Made by a program: the position numbers and the translations under genes. The notes below the pieces were generated by a model, which was given only the letters and a program-made list of their open reading frames with translations, did no database searches and was not told the origin of the DNA. Positions 15,791 through 24,566 of a stretch of DNA of 32,082 nucleotides are shown in pieces. The DNA lies in the NCBI GenBank assembly GCA_039933355.1, contig JBDTOH010000003.1, forward strand, positions 1-32,082. Direction: 5' to 3'. Within the stretch, counting starts at the first letter, position 1; each line of letters begins with the position of its first letter. Source of the DNA: Gemmatimonadota bacterium. Lineage in GTDB: Bacteria; Gemmatimonadota; Gemmatimonadetes; Gemmatimonadales; GWC2-71-9.

Positions 15791-18130
15791 ATGTCATCGC
15801 TGCCCGCTCGAAACCGGTTCAGTGCCGGTCTCATTCTGCTCGCTGTCCTGGCGAATCCGCTCTCTGCTCAGGGCCTCCTCGACTCGGCCAAGACGCGGCT
15901 CGCTGTTCTCGACGGCGAGGTCCAGGCCGCCGGGCTCGATAGCGCCGTCGAGGTCCGCCGCGATCGCTGGGGGGTTCCGCACATCTACGCCAAGACCCAG
16001 CGCGATCTCTTCTTCGCGCAGGGCTATGTCGCCGCCCAAGACCGGCTCTGGCAGATGGAGATGTGGCGGCGCCAGGGTGAAGGGCTGCTTTCCGAAGTGC
16101 TCGGCCCGCGTTACCTCGAGCGCGACCGGTTCGCTCGGCTGCTCAAGTTTCGGGGCGACATGCAGGCGGAGTGGACCAGCTACGCGTCCGACACGAAGGA
16201 GATCGTCCATGCGTTCGTGCGCGGTGTAAACGCGTACGTTCGTTCGATCGCCGATCGCCCGCCGATCGAGTTCAGCCTTTTGGGTTTCCGGCCGGCTCCG
16301 TGGAACGACGAGGTGCCGCTCCAGCGGATGGCGGCGCTCGCGATGACCGGCAACGCCCTCGGCGAGGTGGACCGGGCCCAGCTGGTGGCGGCGCTCGGCA
16401 AAGCCAAGGTCGAGGCGATGTTCCCGACGGACCCCAGGCGTCCGCTCGATCCGGTGCCGGGGCTCGACCTGGCAGGGATCTCGCCCGCTTCGTTAGGCGC
16501 GGCGGCCCAGGCCTACGGCTCGATCACCTATTCCCGGCTCGAAGGCTCCAACAACTGGGTGATCGACGGCAAGCATACCGCCACGGGCAAGCCGCTGCTC
16601 GCCAACGACCCGCACCGCTCGATTCAGCTCCCTTCACTCCGGTATCTCTCCCATCTGGTTGGCCCGGGCTGGAACGTGATCGGCGCCGGGGAGCCGGCCG
16701 TGCCGGGCGTCGCAGCCGGCCACAACGAGCGGATCGGCTTCGGATTCACGATCGTCGGGATGGATCAGCAGGACGTGTACGTCGAGAAGATCGGACCGTG
16801 TCCGGCGGGAGTGGGGCGGACCGGCGGCGGCTGCTACTGGTACAAGAATCGATGGACTCCGCTGATCGTCCTCGCCGACACGATCCCAGTCAAGGGCGAG
16901 GCGGCGCGGGCGGTGAGCCTCGAGTTCACCGTTCACGGGCCGATCGTCGCATACGACTCGGCGAAGGGGCGCGCGTTCGCGCTCAAGTTCGTCGGGGCGG
17001 AGCCGGGCACCGCGGGTTATCTGGCGCAGGTTTCGGTGAATCGAGCCACGGATTGGGGCAGCTTTCTCAAGGCCGCGTACCGGTGGCGGCTGCCCACGGA
17101 GAACCTGATCTACGCGGACGTGGACGGGAACATCGGCTGGATCGCGGCGGGATTGATGCCGATCCGGCGGTGGAGCGGTCTCTTGCCGGTCCCGGGCGAC
17201 GGACAGTGGGAATGGAACGGGTTCCTCCCGTTCTCCGCGCTCCCGCAAACCAAGAATCCCGTGTCGGGAATCATCGTCACGGCGAACAACAACATTCTGC
17301 CCAAGGGCTATACCAAGCCGCTCAACTACGAGTGGGCGACCCCGTTTCGGGCCAACCGCGTTCGGCAGGTGCTCATGAGCAAGAAGGGCTGGACCCGGGA
17401 AGGATTTCAGGCGCTTCAGCACGATGAGTTTTCGATTCCGGCTTCGGAGCTGGTGCCGGTATTGCTGGCGGCGGCCAAGCGGGCCGGCCGGTCGTCGGAT
17501 CTGTTAGGCGTGCTCGGCGATTGGGACTTCGTCATGCGGAAGGACGCGCCGCAGCCGCTTTTCTACGTGAGCTGGGTCGAGATCCTCGGCCGCAAAGTCT
17601 TTGAACCACGACTGGGCGGATCGATGCGGCTTCGAGGACGGTTCGACCTTCCCCTGCTGATCCGGCTCGTCCGCACTCCGGACGCGGTCTTCGGTCCGAA
17701 TCCGGCGGCGGCCCGTGATTCGGTCGTGCTCGCCGCGTATGACGAAGCCGAACGAGAGGCAAAGACGGCCGGTGGCCCGAACGTGCTGAGCTGGAACTGG
17801 GGCGACATTCACCTCGCGCCGTTCCGTCATCCGGTCGCGAAGGCATTCGATCTCCCGTCGGCTCGGCGGGGTGGCGAGGGAAATACCGTGAACAGCACCG
17901 CTGGAGCGGGCTATCTCCAAACGCACGGAGCGTCCTTCCGCGAAATTCTCGACCTCGCCGACTGGGACAACAGCGTGGCGACGAGCGTGCCGGGCCAGTC
18001 CGGTCAGCCGGGGAGTGAGTTCTACGGCAATCTGCTCCCGCTCTGGGAAGGCGGCGAGTATTTCCCGCTGGTGTACTCCCGAGGGGCGGTGGAGCGGGAG
18101 ACGAAGCATGTGTTGTGGCTGAAGCCCTAA
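15791..18130 (+). CDS. Penicillin acylase family Ntn-hydrolase (S45), exported
   Basis: RDRWGVPHIYA, AQDRLWQM, nucleophile GSNNW, LANDPH, TANN and GQSG; signal peptide. Confidence 0.93.
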   Translation: MSSLPARNRFSAGLILLAVLANPLSAQGLLDSAKTRLAVLDGEVQAAGLDSAVEVRRDRWGVPHIYAKTQRDLFFAQGYVAAQDRLWQMEMWRRQGEGLLSEVLGPRYLERDRFARLLKFRGDMQAEWTSYASDTKEIVHAFVRGVNAYVRSIADRPPIEFSLLGFRPAPWNDEVPLQRMAALAMTGNALGEVDRAQLVAALGKAKVEAMFPTDPRRPLDPVPGLDLAGISPASLGAAAQAYGSITYSRLEGSNNWVIDGKHTATGKPLLANDPHRSIQLPSLRYLSHLVGPGWNVIGAGEPAVPGVAAGHNERIGFGFTIVGMDQQDVYVEKIGPCPAGVGRTGGGCYWYKNRWTPLIVLADTIPVKGEAARAVSLEFTVHGPIVAYDSAKGRAFALKFVGAEPGTAGYLAQVSVNRATDWGSFLKAAYRWRLPTENLIYADVDGNIGWIAAGLMPIRRWSGLLPVPGDGQWEWNGFLPFSALPQTKNPVSGIIVTANNNILPKGYTKPLNYEWATPFRANRVRQVLMSKKGWTREGFQALQHDEFSIPASELVPVLLAAAKRAGRSSDLLGVLGDWDFVMRKDAPQPLFYVSWVEILGRKVFEPRLGGSMRLRGRFDLPLLIRLVRTPDAVFGPNPAAARDSVVLAAYDEAEREAKTAGGPNVLSWNWGDIHLAPFRHPVAKAFDLPSARRGGEGNTVNSTAGAGYLQTHGASFREILDLADWDNSVATSVPGQSGQPGSEFYGNLLPLWEGGEYFPLVYSRGAVERETKHVLWLKP

Positions 18131-18163
18131 CAGGTCGGCAAGGCCGCCTTGCCGTCCTGTTAG
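18127..18163. terminator. 37-bp near-perfect palindrome joining two convergent stop codons (probable bidirectional terminator)
   Basis: CTAACAGGTCGGCAAGGC-C-GCCTTGCCGTCCTGTTAG; one mismatch in 18 pairs. Confidence 0.65.
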
Positions 18164-19164
18164 ATCTTCACCACCATCTTCCCCAAATTCCTTCCCTCGA
18201 ACAATCCAGCGAATGCCTCCGGCGTCCGCTCGAGGCCTTCGACGATCGTCTCGGTCCACTTCATTTTTCCCGTCTTGATCCAATCGCTCATGTCGCGGAG
18301 GAAGTCGGGCCGGCGCTTGGCGTGGTCGGTGACGATCATCCCTTGAATGCGGAGGCGTTTGGTCAGGACATCGCGGAAGTTGCTCGGTCCCGGCGCGGGT
18401 GATGTCGCGTTGTAGTTCGCGATCAAGCCGCAGAGCACGATGCGCGCGAAGGTCTTTGAGCAGGCGAGCGCGGCCTCCAACTGGTCACCACCGACGTTCT
18501 CGAATGTGAGGTCGACACCTTCCGGGCCGGCGGTTTGGATCGCGGCTTTGAGCTTCGGTGCGGTTCGATAGTTGATGGCGTGGTCGACGCAGCCGTTATC
18601 GAGCAGCCATCGGGCCTTCTCGTCGGAGCCGGTCACGCCGATCACCGTGCATCCCTTCGCCTTGGCAATCTGACAGGCCACGCTCCCGACGGCGCCGGCT
18701 GCCCCGGATACGAGCACGGTCTCCCCTTCCTTCAGCTCGCCGACGTCGAGCAGGCCGACATACGCGGTGAAGCCCGGCATGCCTAACGTACCGAGAAAGG
18801 CAGATAGCGGCGCGAGGGCGGGGTCGATCTTCGAGAGGCCCTTGCCGTCCGTGACGAAGCGGTCGCGCCATCCCATCATGCTCAGCACGACGTCGCCCAC
18901 GGCAAAGGCCGGCAGGGTCGACTCTTCGACCCGCCCGACGGCTCCTCCTTCGAGCGCCGCGCCGAGCTCGAACGGGGGAACGTAGCTCTTCGCCTCCGTC
19001 ATCCTTCCCCGCATGTAGGGATCGACGGAGAGGTAGAGATTGGTGACCCGGACCTGGCCTGGACCAAGCGCGGGAAGGTCTAAGGTTTGGAGCTCAAAAT
19101 CGTCATTGGTTGGCATGCCGACAGGACGACGGCGGAGATGGAACTCGCGGGCGGTGAGGGCCAT
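18160..19164 (-). CDS. NADP-dependent oxidoreductase (MDR; prostaglandin reductase/CurA-like)
   Basis: YLSVDPYMRGRM, LGMPGFTAY, VSGAAGAVG, ENVGG and NLGKMVV; GGAG RBS before ATG 19164. Confidence 0.93.
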   Translation of the reverse strand: MALTAREFHLRRRPVGMPTNDDFELQTLDLPALGPGQVRVTNLYLSVDPYMRGRMTEAKSYVPPFELGAALEGGAVGRVEESTLPAFAVGDVVLSMMGWRDRFVTDGKGLSKIDPALAPLSAFLGTLGMPGFTAYVGLLDVGELKEGETVLVSGAAGAVGSVACQIAKAKGCTVIGVTGSDEKARWLLDNGCVDHAINYRTAPKLKAAIQTAGPEGVDLTFENVGGDQLEAALACSKTFARIVLCGLIANYNATSPAPGPSNFRDVLTKRLRIQGMIVTDHAKRRPDFLRDMSDWIKTGKMKWTETIVEGLERTPEAFAGLFEGRNLGKMVVKI

Positions 19165-19268
19165 GGATGTCTCCAGGGGGCGGCCAGGGTTCCTGCCAGG
19201 CTGATTTGAAGTCCAACTTACCGCGCTGGCTTCGGAATTGCGCGTGGTAGGCCACAGTTCTATAGTCA

Positions 19269-20753
19269 GTGGTGGATGGATTGAGGGGACCGGAATTGCG
19301 GCTGTCGAAGAGACTTCGGGCACTTGGATGGGTTGGGCTCGGCCTGATTGTCGGCGGCGTTGCCGGCGTCACGCTCGAGCGCTGGCATCATGCTGTCGCG
19401 AATGAGCCCGTGGCGACCGCGGGCCTCTTTGAAGGTGTGATGAATGCCATTCGCGGGAGCTACGTCGACTCGCTGTCCGATTCGGAGCTGTACTCTCGCG
19501 CGGCCAGGGGCGTAATCGGTACCCTTGGCGACCCCTATTCCAGCTTCCTTGCTCCCGAGGTGTATCGCCGATATCGCGAGTCCCTCAACGGTCGGAGCAT
19601 CACGCTCGGCTTTACGCTCGCAGAAGGCTTAACGGGTGTTCGCGTAGGCGTCGTGTACCGCGGGTCGGCCGCGGATCGGTCGGGCGTCCGCCCTGGCGAC
19701 TACCTCGTGGACGTGAACGGCACCTCCCTGCGCGGTTCGACGATGTCGGAAAGCTGGGCGGCGTTGCGAAAGGCCTCGGGCGATACGCTCGTGGTCCGAT
19801 TTCGGACGCCCGGGGACTCCCTCTCCATCGACCGCCATCTGATTCCCGAGCCGACTGGATTGGCCGCGGTTCCCGTCCACATCGCATTGGGAGACGGGGT
19901 CGGGTATGTCGCGCTTCGCGCGATGTCGCAACATGCGGCCCGAGAGCTCAAGCACGCCATCGCCGACCTCCGGGACGAGGGTGTCAACCGGGTGATCGTC
20001 GATCTCCGAGACAACCCCGGCGGTAGGTTCGAAGAAGGGCTCGCAGTCGCCGAGCTGTTCCTGCCCAGGGGGACGCCGGTCGGGTCGGTGGCCAAGCGGA
20101 GCTCCCCGATCGTGCCGTATCGAACCCTCAATGCTCCCGAATTTCCCGATCTCGGTCTCGTCTTGCTGGTCAACCAAGGAACTGCGAGCGCCGCGGAGAT
20201 CGCCGCCGCGGCGCTTCGCGACAATGGCCGGACTTGGCTGGTCGGAGAGCGCACCTACGGCAAGGGTTTGATCCAGACCACGATTTCGCTGGGCGACAGC
20301 ATGGGCGTGCGCCTCACGACGGGACGGTGGCAACGGTTGTCAGGAGCGACGCTGGTCGGCGGCATCCTGCCGGACAGCCTCGCGTCGGGGAAGGTCGTCA
20401 CCCTCGCGGCGCACGCTCTCAGCCCGATCCGAGAGCAGTTGATGTACGCCCTCGAGGCGCTCGCGTCGGAGCTGACGGCGCACGGTGTGAACGCACCCGA
20501 ATCGGTCTGGGTTGCCGATCGAGAGCTCAAACGGCTCATCGCGCTCATGCACTCCACCAAGGGTCCGTCCGATCTCGAGCTGCTTCGCCGTCACCAGGGC
20601 GCGATCGAGCAAGAGCTGCAGCGGCAGGTTGGCCTTCGCTCCAAGATCTCCGAGGTTCGGCTTCGCTGGTCGCTCCGGACCGACCCCGTCATCGTCGTCG
20701 GTCTCGAAACGCTCGGCGGACAGTTCGTCTCGCCGCTGCCGACCCGCCAGTAG
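19269..20753 (+). CDS. S41 family C-terminal processing peptidase (PDZ)
   Basis: LGDPYS, PDZ, DLRDNPGG, TASAAE (Ser) and TYGKG (Lys); N-terminal TM. Start is GTG 19269 or 19272. Confidence 0.88.
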   Translation: MVDGLRGPELRLSKRLRALGWVGLGLIVGGVAGVTLERWHHAVANEPVATAGLFEGVMNAIRGSYVDSLSDSELYSRAARGVIGTLGDPYSSFLAPEVYRRYRESLNGRSITLGFTLAEGLTGVRVGVVYRGSAADRSGVRPGDYLVDVNGTSLRGSTMSESWAALRKASGDTLVVRFRTPGDSLSIDRHLIPEPTGLAAVPVHIALGDGVGYVALRAMSQHAARELKHAIADLRDEGVNRVIVDLRDNPGGRFEEGLAVAELFLPRGTPVGSVAKRSSPIVPYRTLNAPEFPDLGLVLLVNQGTASAAEIAAAALRDNGRTWLVGERTYGKGLIQTTISLGDSMGVRLTTGRWQRLSGATLVGGILPDSLASGKVVTLAAHALSPIREQLMYALEALASELTAHGVNAPESVWVADRELKRLIALMHSTKGPSDLELLRRHQGAIEQELQRQVGLRSKISEVRLRWSLRTDPVIVVGLETLGGQFVSPLPTRQ

Positions 20754-20859
20754 GAACGCTCGCGGGACCGGTCCACGGGGCCGGCTGTCCTATCGACCCT
20801 CCCCGGGGCGCAACCAACCAGCGTTCACGATCGATCCCGTCCGGGAGCCCCCTACGCTG

Positions 20860-21381
20860 ATGCAGCCGCACCAGTTCGAGGCAGAGCTGTCCCGGATTCA
20901 TGCCCAGAGCTTCGCATGGGCGGTCCGGTGTTGTCGCGGCGATCGAACCGAGGCTGAAGACGTGCTCCATCTCACCTACGCCAAAGTGCTGGACGGCAGG
21001 GCCCGCTTCGAAGAGCGGTCCAGCTTCAAAACCTGGTTGTTCGGGGTGATCCGGCGGACGGCGTTCGAGGAGATTCGGCGCGGGATGATGCACCGGCTGT
21101 GGATGGGAAAGTGGTGGCAGGAGCGGGAGGATGTCCATCAGGGAACGGCGGACCAGGCAACTCTAGTGGTGGAAGGCGAGCGCCGGGACCAGCTCCGGCA
21201 AGCCCTGGGTCAGCTGTCCCCGCGGCAGCAACAGGTCCTCCACTTGGTCTTTTACCAGGACATGACAATCCAGGAAGCCGCGACCGTGCTCAAGATGCAG
21301 ATCGGTACGGCGCGCACCCACTACGAACGGGGCAAGGCGCGGCTGCGCCAACTGCTCGACCGAGAAGGAGACCAGGCGTGA
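20860..21381 (+). CDS. ECF RNA polymerase sigma factor
   Basis: EAEDVL, SSFKTWLF and LSPRQQQVL..TIQEAA region 4; GGGAG upstream of ATG 20860. Confidence 0.9.
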   Translation: MQPHQFEAELSRIHAQSFAWAVRCCRGDRTEAEDVLHLTYAKVLDGRARFEERSSFKTWLFGVIRRTAFEEIRRGMMHRLWMGKWWQEREDVHQGTADQATLVVEGERRDQLRQALGQLSPRQQQVLHLVFYQDMTIQEAATVLKMQIGTARTHYERGKARLRQLLDREGDQA

Positions 21382-21764
21382 CCGACCAGATCGATCACGA
21401 GGGCGAGCTCCGGAGCGAGTTCGCCGCGCTGCGATCCCAGGAAGAAGCCTTCGCGCCCGGCTTTGAGCGAGTCCGCAGCGGAGCGCCGCGCCGCCGGCCG
21501 GCGCCGAGGAGCTGGCTCGTGCCCAGCGTAGCGCTCGCAAGCGCCGCGGTCGTGGCAGCGGTTTGGCTCGCCGTCCGCAAGCCGGCAGTGACTCCCTGGG
21601 GCGAGGGCAGTGCGGTCGATGTCGCCGCCTGGCGATCCCCGACCGACGCGTTGATCAGGGGCACCGATGTCGGATGGCTCGACACCGTGCCGAGTCTCAG
21701 GTCGGGGCCGGCCTGGACCACGGCTCCCAGCCCCGCCGATTCCGTGAACCGAGGCACCAACTAG
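21378..21764 (+). CDS. Putative single-pass anti-sigma factor
   Basis: GTGA overlap with the sigma stop and GGAG RBS; short cytoplasmic N-terminus, TM (WLVPSVALASAAVVAAVWL) and WRSPTD motif. Confidence 0.7.
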   Translation: MTDQIDHEGELRSEFAALRSQEEAFAPGFERVRSGAPRRRPAPRSWLVPSVALASAAVVAAVWLAVRKPAVTPWGEGSAVDVAAWRSPTDALIRGTDVGWLDTVPSLRSGPAWTTAPSPADSVNRGTN

Positions 21765-21774
21765 GACTGATCCG

Positions 21775-22266
21775 ATGACACTGCGCCAAATTTCCCCGAT
21801 CGCCGTCATCCTCCTCCTGTTAGGCGGCCGCGCCGCGCTCGCGCAAGAGAAGAAGGAGGGCCAGGACGATGTCGCCAAGAACCTCTTTGCGCCGGAGTTG
21901 GTGCTCAAACACCAGCAGGAGATCGAGCTCAAGCCGGCCCAACGCGCGGCCGTGCTCGCGGCAATCAAGCAAGTCCAGACCGACCTCATCGATCTCCAGC
22001 TCAACATGGCCGAGCAGTGGCAGGGTCTGGTCAAGTTGCTGGAGGGGACGGAGATTGATGAGAAGAAGGCGCTCGAGCAGGTCGACAAAGTGCTGACCAC
22101 TGAGCGCGACATCAAGCGGATGCAGCTGAGCCTTCTGCTCAAAATCAAGAACACGCTGACCCGGGATCAACAGGCCAGGCTCCGAAGTCTTCGGGATCGG
22201 CCCGGAGGGGATGGTGGCGGTTCAGCCGAGCGGATGGACGAGGCACTTTCACGCCAACAACAGTAG
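21775..22266 (+). CDS. Periplasmic Spy/CpxP/ZraP-like protein
   Basis: Signal peptide ending ALAQ; helical; LKPAQ and LTRDQ (LTxxQ) motifs. Confidence 0.78.
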   Translation: MTLRQISPIAVILLLLGGRAALAQEKKEGQDDVAKNLFAPELVLKHQQEIELKPAQRAAVLAAIKQVQTDLIDLQLNMAEQWQGLVKLLEGTEIDEKKALEQVDKVLTTERDIKRMQLSLLLKIKNTLTRDQQARLRSLRDRPGGDGGGSAERMDEALSRQQQ

Positions 22267-22275
22267 GAGGAAGCC

Positions 22276-23370
22276 ATGCGGCGACGAATCAGCTCCTTCC
22301 TGGCGACCGGCCTGATCGGACTCGCGGCCTGTCAGGACAGCGGACCCACGAATCCGGCTCAGGCGAAGTTCGATCCCGCCGCCGTGAGCGCCAACCTCGC
22401 GATCATCGATCGGGTCAACTCGGCGCCCGTGCTCAAGAGTTTCCGAGCGCTGGGTGATCAAGCCATCGCGGGTGGGGTGACTGCGGTGAGCGTTCGGGAT
22501 ATTCAGGCGAAGATCGCATCGGGGCATGGAATCGGCGTAATGCGCGACGTGGCCGCGCGGCTCGCCGGGCTGGTCGCCTCTACAACTGCGGGGCCGGCTC
22601 TGGTCCCGATCATTCGAACCGACGTGCTCGGGAAAACGTTCGTCTATGATGCCGCCGCCAAGAAGTATGTCATCGACCCGGCCCGCACCGGCGCCCCACC
22701 CAATGGCGTGCGGTTCATTCTCTACGAAATCGACGACGCGACCCAGCAACCGAACGTCGGCAAGGAGATCGGCTATTCCGACCTGATCGACCAGAAGGTC
22801 TCATCGCCCTCATCCCTCGGGCTTCGCCTCGTGGTCATCTCCCACGGCGAGACGTATCTCGATTACAGATTCGGCATCAGCGGCGGGATCGAACGGGCCG
22901 CGATCACGGTCGCGGGCTTCATGGGCGACGGGACCGATCGGGTCAACTTCAATCTCACGCTCAGCGGTCAGCTCGTTGGACGAAACGGTGCGGTGACTCT
23001 GGAAGCCAGTCTCGAGATTCCAGCGCACAACTTCACGGCCACCGCCAAGGTCCAGGGCGTCGCGGGCGTGGAGAACGGCGACGGCCAGATCGACCTTGCG
23101 CTGCACCTCGGCGCCGACCTGGTCACGCTCACCTCCAGGGTCAACGGCAACCGCCTCGACGCGACGGTCAAGATGAACGGCAAGACCTTCGCGACCGCAA
23201 CCGGCGACCCGAAGAGTCCTGTCATCAAGGGCGACGGCGGCCGTGATCTCACAGCCGAGGAACTCGGCGCGCTCGGCCAGATCGTGGGGTTTGCGGGTCA
23301 GCTGTTCGGGATCTTCGGTGGGCTGCTTGCGCCGGTGGGCGGGTTGATACTGGTGGGGTTTGGGCTGTAG
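22276..23370 (+). CDS. Lipoprotein of unknown function
   Basis: AGGAGG RBS, lipobox LAAC, beta-strand-rich centre and hydrophobic C-terminal tail. Confidence 0.8.
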   Translation: MRRRISSFLATGLIGLAACQDSGPTNPAQAKFDPAAVSANLAIIDRVNSAPVLKSFRALGDQAIAGGVTAVSVRDIQAKIASGHGIGVMRDVAARLAGLVASTTAGPALVPIIRTDVLGKTFVYDAAAKKYVIDPARTGAPPNGVRFILYEIDDATQQPNVGKEIGYSDLIDQKVSSPSSLGLRLVVISHGETYLDYRFGISGGIERAAITVAGFMGDGTDRVNFNLTLSGQLVGRNGAVTLEASLEIPAHNFTATAKVQGVAGVENGDGQIDLALHLGADLVTLTSRVNGNRLDATVKMNGKTFATATGDPKSPVIKGDGGRDLTAEELGALGQIVGFAGQLFGIFGGLLAPVGGLILVGFGL

Positions 23371-23382
23371 AGAAGGAGGCCT

Positions 23383-23417
23383 GGGGACTGGGGACCGCAC
23401 CCGGGTCCCCGGTCCTC
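23383..23417 (+). terminator. 14-bp stem-loop after the ECF operon
   Basis: GGGGACTGGGGACC-gcacccg-GGTCCCCGGTCCTC (two G-U pairs), followed by an AT-rich tract. Confidence 0.55.
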
Positions 23418-23524
23418 ATCCATTACGAATTCATAACAAAGAGATTAGGACTCTCCAGTTCCTCTTGCCGGATTAGGGACTTCTCCGCACTCTCGCTGGA
23501 GACTTTCCCCGGAGGCCCGCGGTC

Positions 23525-24547
23525 GTGCTCTCCCAGTGTTTCTTCTGTGACGCTTCCTTAGGCCGGAACGACGAGATCGAATCGATGCCGATCGGTCGCC
23601 GCTTGGCGTTCGATTCGGCGAAGGGCCGGTTCTGGGTCGTCTGCAAGTTTTGCGGCCGCTGGAACCTCGTCCCGATGGAGGAGCGGTGGGAGGCGATCGA
23701 GACGTGCGAGCGAAAGTTCCGCGGCACCAAAGTCCGTCTTTCCACTGATCAGATCGGGCTCGCTCGGCTGGCGAGCGAAGTCGATCTGGTCCGGGTTGGG
23801 AAGCCGGTCCTTCCCGAGTTCGCCGCCTGGCGATACGGGACGGAGCTGTGGCGGCGCCACCGGTTGAGTCTCCCCCGCAAGGCCGCGCGACTCTTCGGCG
23901 TTCCCGCCCTCGTTCTCGGAGCTCCCGTGATCGGGGCGGTCCTCGGTCCCGTGGGCGGTATGGCGTACGTGGGGGCGTTGGCGCTCGCGGCCTATCAGCG
24001 CCGGAAACGGCCGGCCCTGAGCATCGTCCTTTCCCGGGGCGACCGGCTCGATCTCTCCCGGGAGCAGGTCCAGGCTGCCGAGCTGATCCGGGCCGAAGAC
24101 GAAGCGGACCAGTGGGCGATGTGGATCCAGTGCGATTCGGGACATCTGGTCCCGCGCGGCTGGAAGCTCGAGGAGACGGCCACGGGCGAGAAGCGGGCGC
24201 TGCTCACGGGAACCGACGGAAGGATCGCCGCGGCGCGGGTGCTCCCCCAGCTCAATCCGTTAGGCGGGAACCACGAAGCGGTCCAGAACGCGGTCCGCTG
24301 GCTCGAAGCGGCCGGCGGCCCGGGCCGCGCTCTTCACACCTTCGCCCGATCCAAGTGGGTCCGGCCGGCGTTCGAGACGATCGAGCGCACCCTCGTCACA
24401 CTCCATCCCGATGCCCGGCTCGGTCTCGAGATGGCCCTGCACGAGGATGAGGAGCGCCGCGCGCTCTACGGCGAGCTCACCATTCTCAAGTGGGCGTGGG
24501 AACGCGAGGAGTCGGTCGCCGCGATCGTGGACGGCATCGACGGTTAG
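23525..24547 (+). CDS. Hypothetical membrane protein with N-terminal CxxC...CxxC zinc-ribbon-like motif
   Basis: GGAGG RBS before GTG; CFFC and CKFC pairs; central hydrophobic hairpin; coding-like codon usage. Confidence 0.75.
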   Translation: MLSQCFFCDASLGRNDEIESMPIGRRLAFDSAKGRFWVVCKFCGRWNLVPMEERWEAIETCERKFRGTKVRLSTDQIGLARLASEVDLVRVGKPVLPEFAAWRYGTELWRRHRLSLPRKAARLFGVPALVLGAPVIGAVLGPVGGMAYVGALALAAYQRRKRPALSIVLSRGDRLDLSREQVQAAELIRAEDEADQWAMWIQCDSGHLVPRGWKLEETATGEKRALLTGTDGRIAAARVLPQLNPLGGNHEAVQNAVRWLEAAGGPGRALHTFARSKWVRPAFETIERTLVTLHPDARLGLEMALHEDEERRALYGELTILKWAWEREESVAAIVDGIDG

Positions 24548-24566
24548 GCAGACCGCCGGCCCGCGT

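Noticed and set aside
20810-20842. Autoregulatory ECF promoter (AAC...CGT) before the second sigma gene
   Set aside because: The AAC-to-CGT spacing (19 bp) does not fit the usual 16-17 bp; unsupported.
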